Shown here: positions 37,454 to 42,903 of the stretch, piece by piece
Position numbering within the stretch: the stretch's first letter is position 1
How the letters are laid out: the number at the start of each line of letters is the position of its first letter
Assembly (NCBI GenBank): GCA_002938255.1
Contig: PTLB01000001.1
Span: forward strand, 1-42,903
Length of the DNA: 42,903 nucleotides
Origin: Alphaproteobacteria bacterium MarineAlpha5_Bin3
GTDB lineage: Bacteria; Pseudomonadota; Alphaproteobacteria; HIMB59; GCA-002718135
Reading direction: 5' to 3'
Notes under the pieces: generated by a model
What the model was told of the DNA's origin: nothing
What the model saw: only the letters and a program-made list of their open reading frames with translations
Database searches by the model: none
Position numbers and translations under genes: made by a program

Positions 37454-38277
37454 TATTGTCCTTTATCAAATTCACTTAAGAGCTCTGAAACTTTTATTGC
37501 CTCATCCACAGCAACCATTCCGACGGTGTGGTAACCACAATCAACATGCAGAATTTCCCCAGTTACAGCACTTCCTAGATCGCTTAGTAGATATAAGGCA
37601 GAGTTTCCAACGTCATCCTGACTAACATTTCTTTTTAAAGGTGCATTTAACTCATTCCATTTTAATATAAATCGAAAATCACCTATGCCAGTAGCAGCAA
37701 GAGTTTTTATTGGACCAGCACTAATAGCATTAACTCTAATATTTTTTTCTCCCATATCAACAGCTAAATATCTTACACTTGCTTCTAATGCCGCCTTTGC
37801 AACGCCCATAACATTATAATGTGGCATTACTTGTTCAGAACCAAAGTATGTTAATGTTAGAATTGAACCTCCCTCATTCATTATTGGTTCAGCAAGTCTA
37901 CAGGCTTCAGTAAAAGAATAACAGGAAACATGCATAGTTTGATTAAAGTTTTCTGAAGATGTATTATAATATTTGCCTCGCAGTTCATCTTTATTGGAAA
38001 ACCCAATTCCATGAACTAAAAAATCAATATCTCCCCATTCTTTTTTTATAATTTCGAAGGTATTTTCCATACTTAATGAATCAGTCACATCACATGGTAT
38101 TAAAATAGAAGAACCTATACTCTTTGCTAGAGGCTCTACTCTTTTTTTAAGCGCTTCAACCTGATATGTAAAAGCAATTTCAGCACCCTCAGAAGCTATT
38201 TTTTTGGCTATGCCCCAAGAAATTGATCGATCATTGGCTACACCCATAATCAACCCTCTTTTTCCTTTCATGATCAT
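37453..38277 (-). CDS. fabI: Enoyl-[acyl-carrier-protein] reductase (NADH), FabI
   Basis: [31 protein letters not shown] and [10 protein letters not shown] are present. Its stop shares one nt with the aroC start. Confidence 0.94.
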   Translation of the reverse strand: MIMKGKRGLIMGVANDRSISWGIAKKIASEGAEIAFTYQVEALKKRVEPLAKSIGSSILIPCDVTDSLSMENTFEIIKKEWGDIDFLVHGIGFSNKDELRGKYYNTSSENFNQTMHVSCYSFTEACRLAEPIMNEGGSILTLTYFGSEQVMPHYNVMGVAKAALEASVRYLAVDMGEKNIRVNAISAGPIKTLAATGIGDFRFILKWNELNAPLKRNVSQDDVGNSALYLLSDLGSAVTGEILHVDCGYHTVGMVAVDEAIKVSELLSEFDKGQ

Positions 38278-38364
38278 TTTATTAATTTTTCTATAGAATA
38301 ATAAATTTATTTTTTTTCTTACTTTGGTTTATATACTATTTATAACATCAATCGTCTAAAAAAC

Positions 38365-38970
38365 ATGTTTGAAAATAGAAACTTAATTCAACCAAAAAAA
38401 GATCCATTTCTTTTATTTGAAGAATGGTTTGAAGAAGCCAAGCTAAAAGAACAAAATGATCCTAATGCAATGAACTTGTCTACGATATCTAAAGATTTGA
38501 AACCAAGTTCTCGCATTGTTTTGTTAAAAAGTTTTGATCAAGATGGTTTTGTTTTTTATACAAACCTTCAAAGCAAAAAAGGAATTTCATTATTATCAAA
38601 TTCTAATGCCTCTCTGACATTTCATTGGAAAAGTTTACTTAAACAAATTAGAATTGAAGGTAGGGCTCATCAAGTAACTAGTAAAGAAGCTGATGATTAT
38701 TTCAACAGTAGACCGATGGAGAGTAGAATTGGTGCGTGGGCATCTAATCAATCAAGTGAACTTTCAGATCGACAAGAATTGATTGATAAAATTTCACTAT
38801 ATAAAAAAAAATTTCAACAAAATTCTATCAGCCGTCCTCCTCATTGGACAGGTTTTCGAGTTGAACCTAATCTGATTGAGTTTTGGAAGGATATGCCTTT
38901 TCGTCTACATGATCGAATAGAATACAAAAAAACTGATAATAAATGGATTTCAAGAAGACTCTATCCATAA
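38365..38970 (+). CDS. pdxH: Pyridoxamine 5'-phosphate oxidase
   Basis: M.L+T......PSSRIVLLK..D..GFVFYTN..S.KG, QIRIEGRA, YF.SRP..SRIGAWAS.QS, and a C-terminal RL.P end are present. Confidence 0.93.
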   Translation: MFENRNLIQPKKDPFLLFEEWFEEAKLKEQNDPNAMNLSTISKDLKPSSRIVLLKSFDQDGFVFYTNLQSKKGISLLSNSNASLTFHWKSLLKQIRIEGRAHQVTSKEADDYFNSRPMESRIGAWASNQSSELSDRQELIDKISLYKKKFQQNSISRPPHWTGFRVEPNLIEFWKDMPFRLHDRIEYKKTDNKWISRRLYP

Positions 38971-38971
38971 A

Positions 38972-39409
38972 TTATTTTTGGAGCCACTTTTTTAAAATCC
39001 ATGAGCTAGAATTCGATTTATTATGTCCTCCAATTCCCCACAGTACTTCTACTTTTTTTTGTTCACAATATGCTTTTTCAGGTGAAGGCGTTGTATTGTG
39101 ACTACGATCTCCACCATTGGCAAATTTTATTTTTTGATTTGGATACTTTTCAATAGCTTTTCTAATTCCTTCAACACATGTTTGGTCTGAGTCATCAAAA
39201 GAAATTACATCAATTACATTTTTTAGGGCACTCATAATTATTTTACGCTCCTCATAGGGCAAGAATTCTTTCCCCTTTTTTTGTACAAGCCAAGCATCAG
39301 AGTTTAATAAAACGACTACATCGCCATATTTTGAAGCATCTTTTATTAGGCCTATATGACCACTATGTATTGGATCAAAACCTCCGCTTACTAAAATAAT
39401 ATCATTCAT
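38972..39409 (-). CDS. Small HIGH-motif nucleotidyltransferase (cytidylyltransferase family; RfaE-domain-II/TagD-like), substrate unknown
   Basis: VSGGFDPIHSGHIGLI (the HxGH motif), VVLLNSDAW and GGDR...TP.PE are present in a 145-aa protein. Confidence 0.7.
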   Translation of the reverse strand: MNDIILVSGGFDPIHSGHIGLIKDASKYGDVVVLLNSDAWLVQKKGKEFLPYEERKIIMSALKNVIDVISFDDSDQTCVEGIRKAIEKYPNQKIKFANGGDRSHNTTPSPEKAYCEQKKVEVLWGIGGHNKSNSSSWILKKWLQK

Positions 39410-39410
39410 A

Positions 39411-40052
39411 TTAATCCCTCCATTTGCCAGGATTTTGAAGAAATTTTTCCAAGTTATGAATTTGTTCTTCTGAATATATTTTCTTTTTCTTTAGAAAATT
39501 TATTATGTCTTTCCATGTGCATAAAGAGTGAATTTTTACATCAAGAGATGATAATGGCGAATTGTTAATATCAAAAATGTCATAGTAAAAAACAACAAAT
39601 ATATCAGAAACTAATAGTTCAGCTTTTCTTAGTGCTTCAATAAAAATAACTTTACTTCTCCCATCGGTTGCTAAATCCTCAATTAAAATAGTTTTTTGAT
39701 TTTTTTTAAAGCTACCTTCTATTTGTTGATCTTTACCAAATCCCTTAGTTTTTTTTCTAACATAAATCATTGGTTTTTGAAGTAACTCTGAAAAAAAAGC
39801 CGCATAGGGAATACCAGCAGTTTCACCTCCCGCTAAAATATCAAAATTAATGTTATTATTTTTAAAATATTCTATTGCGAGATTCAGAATGGTATTTCTT
39901 TCATTTACAAAAGAAATAATTTTTCTACAATCAACATATACTGGGCTTTTTAAACCTGATGTAAGGATAAAGGGATTTTCAAATGAGAATCTAACAGATC
40001 CAATATTAATCAAAATTTCTGCAACAGTATTTTGATAATCTGTATCCGACAT
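39411..40052 (-). CDS. pyrE: Orotate phosphoribosyltransferase
   Basis: It has type I PRT features: SG..SP.YVDCR near the N-terminus, GGETAGIPYAA, and the PRPP loop ILIEDLATDGRSK. Confidence 0.8.
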   Translation of the reverse strand: MSDTDYQNTVAEILINIGSVRFSFENPFILTSGLKSPVYVDCRKIISFVNERNTILNLAIEYFKNNNINFDILAGGETAGIPYAAFFSELLQKPMIYVRKKTKGFGKDQQIEGSFKKNQKTILIEDLATDGRSKVIFIEALRKAELLVSDIFVVFYYDIFDINNSPLSSLDVKIHSLCTWKDIINFLKKKKIYSEEQIHNLEKFLQNPGKWRD

Positions 40053-40525
40053 TAAGTAATTTGAGATATATGTTCTTTAGATAAGTTGCCAGGAACAATC
40101 ATTACTGGTATTCGAAGGTTTGACATTTCTTTTGTTACTAATGAATGTATAATTGGGCCCGGATCTTTTTCTTTCTCATTCGCATTGGCAGCTAAAACCA
40201 AAACATGAATTTTTTCTTCTTCTTCTATTAATTTTTTTAATTCGAGTATTAATTCACCTTCTCTTGTATGCAAAATAGGAATTATTCCAGTAGATTCTTT
40301 AACAACTGAAGCTGCTATATGTAGAATCCTCTCAGCTTCTTCTCTTGCTTCATTTTTCATTATTTCAGTAACTCCTTGTGTTGTTAATACATCAAGGGGC
40401 TCAATAAAAGTTGCTATTATGATTTTTCTTCCTGTTTTTTTTGATCTCGCGCAAGCGTATTCCAAGGCTACACTCATTTCAGGCGACCCATCAGCAATGA
40501 TTAAAATATAACGATCATCATTCAT
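40052..40525 (-). CDS. Universal stress protein (UspA) family protein
   Basis: The 157-aa alpha/beta pattern includes ILIIADGSPEMSVALEYA, HVLVLAA and IPVMIVPG. Its start shares one nt with the preceding gene's stop. Confidence 0.6.
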   Translation of the reverse strand: MNDDRYILIIADGSPEMSVALEYACARSKKTGRKIIIATFIEPLDVLTTQGVTEIMKNEAREEAERILHIAASVVKESTGIIPILHTREGELILELKKLIEEEEKIHVLVLAANANEKEKDPGPIIHSLVTKEMSNLRIPVMIVPGNLSKEHISQIT

Positions 40526-40527
40526 AA

Positions 40528-41262
40528 TTAAATTCTCCTAAATACCGTTGCAGCTATCAGCCCAGATAATACAGCAAAAAGTATTGATAATAAACCATAT
40601 GCAGCAGATTGCTCGTGGGCAAATTTGTAAATTTTGTCCCCTATACCTGATTTTCTAATTAAAATTACTTTGTTTTTTTTGCTGAGTATTATTTTATCTT
40701 TAATTTGATAAATAGTTACTTGATATTTACCTGGTACAGATTGAGATGGAAAAAAAACACGAGTTTGAAATAGTTTGTTCTCAATATTTTTAAATTCATA
40801 TTCTTTATAAAGATCCTCTTTTGTCTTTATAGATATCAAGTTATTTTTCCATTCGTTAAGATTTTTTTGTTCAATGAAATTACGTTGTGTTATAATACTA
40901 GTAAGCAAGTCATCAAAATATAATTTTTCTTTAATAATTGCTTCTTTATTTAAAATATCATGGATGGGTGCAGAAGATGCTAGAAAAAAAATACTTGGTA
41001 ACTCTTTATAAATAATTTTTTTAGTATTAAACCAAAAGCCAAACAATTTTTCTTTTTTTAATATTTTAGTATCCATGTTCGGACCTTTAATAGAAATAAT
41101 TGTATCTTCTTTTGGTTCAAATATGCCAAATATAATTATTTCTTTTCCATTAAAATCAGTTTCAATTTGAATTTCTTTTTCTGATAAATCAAAATATACC
41201 TCACTTCCTAGGGTATTATTATTAATAAATAATATTATTAAAAAAAGTGCAATTTTTTTCAT
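40528..41262 (-). CDS. TIGR02186/Alph_Pro_TM-like protein (signal peptide, periplasmic domain, C-terminal TM anchor)
   Basis: The signal peptide is MKKIALFLIILFINNNTLG. F.GKEIIIFG, ISIKGP and K.KLFGFWFN blocks are present, with the C-terminal TM YGLLSILFAVLSGLIAATVF. The family was recalled from memory and not searched. Confidence 0.5.
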   Translation of the reverse strand: MKKIALFLIILFINNNTLGSEVYFDLSEKEIQIETDFNGKEIIIFGIFEPKEDTIISIKGPNMDTKILKKEKLFGFWFNTKKIIYKELPSIFFLASSAPIHDILNKEAIIKEKLYFDDLLTSIITQRNFIEQKNLNEWKNNLISIKTKEDLYKEYEFKNIENKLFQTRVFFPSQSVPGKYQVTIYQIKDKIILSKKNKVILIRKSGIGDKIYKFAHEQSAAYGLLSILFAVLSGLIAATVFRRI

Positions 41263-41304
41263 TTATAGTTCTATTATTTCCATAAAAAGATTTGCTGTAT
41301 TTTA

Positions 41305-41727
41305 TTATTCAATAAAAAATAGATATCTCTCAATGAACATCCCAATTATAGCAACAATTGTAATTATAACCAATGTAATTGATACTACGTGATTACTCAT
41401 AACAAGGCTTGGCTGTTGAGCAATATAGTAAGTTGGTGTTACGTAAGTAAAAATACAAAACGCCAACCGCAAAAGATATACTTTTGCATTATTTAGATTA
41501 TCTGATATCCTTACAGCGCCAAGACTGCTTTTAGCAGGTTTTTTTATTGAATACCAATATAATAATTTAAAGAATAAGGCTGTCATTGAAATTATTATGA
41601 TAAAATTTGAAAGAAGAATAATTTTAGTATTATAGTGAAATAATACTGCAAAAGTAATAATAGATCCTAGAACTAAAAAATTTAAAATGTAGATTATTGG
41701 GACAAGAGGATTATGCCATGCATTCAT
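41305..41727 (-). CDS. Hypothetical integral membrane protein (about four TM helices)
   Basis: The 140-aa protein is almost entirely hydrophobic segments. No family was recognised. Confidence 0.45.
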   Translation of the reverse strand: MNAWHNPLVPIIYILNFLVLGSIITFAVLFHYNTKIILLSNFIIIISMTALFFKLLYWYSIKKPAKSSLGAVRISDNLNNAKVYLLRLAFCIFTYVTPTYYIAQQPSLVMSNHVVSITLVIITIVAIIGMFIERYLFFIE

Positions 41728-41785
41728 TTTTTCACATTAATTATATGCAATATATTATAACATATGTGTTTTACTTTTAGTGTAA

Positions 41786-41826
41786 TAATTATGTACATAA
41801 ATTAATATAAATTATATGTACAAATG
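41786..41826 (+). promoter_or_regulatory. Two direct copies of AATTAT(AT)GTACA(T)AAAT in the aprM upstream region (candidate operator or promoter element)
   Basis: ATGTACA occurs at 41791-41797 and again at 41815-41821, a 24-nt spacing. Each copy sits in a similar AATTAT...AAAT context and contains the TGTACA palindrome. They lie in the longest intergenic region of the window. Confidence 0.25.
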
Positions 41827-41901
41827 AAAATACTATTATTACAGACCGTAATAATTTCTAATTTTAATACATCGAGAAAAGTTTTTTGAAGGGTATATGA
41901 T

Positions 41902-42696
41902 ATGATTACTACCAATCCATTTTCTGAACTTTCGGAGTTTGTGCCATCTATTGCAATGCAGGTATATGTCGTTGTGATGATGATTTTGGTAATATTAGGA
42001 ACTTTGTTTGATATAATTCATAAGAAAAATGTTAAATATTTCTTCGAAAATGCAAAAAAAGCGAAGAAACAAGCAACCAAAACTCTTGGTGCCGGGGAAA
42101 AGGCATCAATTGTACTAAAAACCGTTGCAAGTGAAATTCTAACCACTTCAGAATTAGGTGCAGGTAAGCGGAGAATTTCCCATCTTCTTGGTATGTACGG
42201 TACTATAATATTTTGGGTCACTTCAGTTATCATGATTTTCTGTTACTCAACACCTAATGTCTTAACGCCTTCTATACTACCACTACTTTGGCATTCAGGA
42301 GCTATAATGACTTGTTTTGGTGGTTATTGGTTTTGGTTCTTTCTTAGAGTGGACGTAACAGCAGAAGCTAATCCTTGGTATCGATTAATTCAGGCAGACT
42401 TGTTTGTTCTATCTCTTGTTATAACCACTACCTTTGCTTTAATCTGGTCTTTTGTTCAATCAGCAAATATATCTGGTTGGGATACCTTGTTTTTAGTTTT
42501 ATTTGTTCTTTCTAATGTTGTTTTATTCGGAGGAGTTTATTGGTCTAAATTTGCCCACATGTTTTACAAGCCAGGTGCAGCTATTCAAAAGAACTTGGCT
42601 GAAGCAGATGGTTCGAGAGATAATTTACCAGCACCATCTAATAAACCTAAGCAATTTGGTTTGGGTATAAAACGCGAATCACCAAAACACTATTAA
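41902..42696 (+). CDS. aprM: AprM-like membrane anchor of adenylylsulfate (APS) reductase
   Basis: The 264-aa protein has about five predicted TM helices. It lies directly upstream of, and co-oriented with, aprB. This arrangement (aprM-aprB-aprA) is known from sulfur-oxidising bacteria and SAR11. Confidence 0.55.
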   Translation: MITTNPFSELSEFVPSIAMQVYVVVMMILVILGTLFDIIHKKNVKYFFENAKKAKKQATKTLGAGEKASIVLKTVASEILTTSELGAGKRRISHLLGMYGTIIFWVTSVIMIFCYSTPNVLTPSILPLLWHSGAIMTCFGGYWFWFFLRVDVTAEANPWYRLIQADLFVLSLVITTTFALIWSFVQSANISGWDTLFLVLFVLSNVVLFGGVYWSKFAHMFYKPGAAIQKNLAEADGSRDNLPAPSNKPKQFGLGIKRESPKHY

Positions 42697-42751
42697 TAAT
42701 TATTAATGAAGGACAAAATAACTAATAAAACTAAGAAAGAGAGAAAATAAT

Positions 42752-42903
42752 ATGCCAACTTTTGTATATATGACTCGATGTGATGGATGCGGGCACTGTG
42801 TTGATATTTGTCCTTCTGACATTATGCACATAGATAAAATTACCCGACGAGCAGTCAATATTGAACCTAATATGTGCTGGGAGTGTTACGCTTGTGTTAA
42901 GGC
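42752..42903 (+). CDS. aprB: Adenylylsulfate reductase beta subunit (iron-sulfur), 5' fragment truncated by the window end
   Basis: This gene is not in the ORF track because it runs off the window. ATG 42752 gives MPTFVYMTRCDGCGHCVDICPSDIMHIDKITRRAVNIEPNMCWECYACVK. This shows two ferredoxin-like Cys clusters and the CWECY.CVK motif typical of AprB. AGAAAGAGAG lies upstream. Confidence 0.75.
   Translation, partial: MPTFVYMTRCDGCGHCVDICPSDIMHIDKITRRAVNIEPNMCWECYACVK

Noticed and set aside
1-42903. Checked the whole window for an accessory island or defence system: integrases, transposases, IS ends, CRISPR repeats, restriction-modification, toxin-antitoxin pairs, phage genes and tRNA integration targets.
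   Set aside because: Every sizeable ORF is a recognisable housekeeping or conserved-synteny gene or a small membrane or coiled-coil protein. There are no repeat arrays, tRNA genes or mobility genes. The region reads as core chromosome.

Overview
The window is very AT-rich (roughly 30% G+C by eye, not computed) and extremely gene-dense. Gene content and order match a streamlined marine alphaproteobacterium, most consistent with SAR11/Pelagibacterales. That assignment is an inference from several signatures: alpha-specific DUF1013/TrcR, DUF1192 and DUF4164-zapA genes, tol-pal-cpoB-tilS-ftsH synteny, a soxBDAG+fhs+metF C1 cluster, and aprM-aprB. I support 51 protein-coding genes. I found no rRNA, tRNA, CRISPR, transposase, integrase or recognisable defence or toxin-antitoxin module. 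Only about a dozen intergenic gaps exceed 60 nt, and the largest is 174 nt. Reading left to right, the content falls into six blocks. (1) A minus-strand one-carbon block, metF-like, fhs, soxB-D-A-G, ends in a secreted SNase-like nuclease. (2) Housekeeping genes follow: trhO, rpmG, trcR-like, rpmE, suhB, efp, gap, tkt. (3) A chain of overlapping genes runs DUF4164-zapA-5-formyl-THF cyclo-ligase-YmdB-like. (4) yebC is followed by a 104-aa PD-(D/E)xK/Hjc-like ORF, then tolQRAB-pal-cpoB-tilS-ftsH-glmM-hisZ-purA. (5) Next come rpoH-rluD, xseB-dxs-tlyA, aroC-fabI, pdxH, a small HIGH-motif nucleotidyltransferase, pyrE, usp and membrane proteins. (6) The window ends with aprM and the 5' end of aprB (APS reductase). 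This is core chromosome, not an accessory island, and I do not see a clear novel multi-gene system. The most interesting leads are the Hjc-like mini-nuclease in the slot where ruvC normally follows yebC, an ATG-less orphan ORF between gap and efp, the closed ssrS (6S RNA) slot between zapA and ygfA, the aprM leader with repeated TATGTACA motifs, and unusual gene packing (overlapping divergent starts, overlapping convergent ends, one convincing intrinsic terminator). All functional calls rest on my recognition of conserved motifs in the supplied translations. No database search was run.
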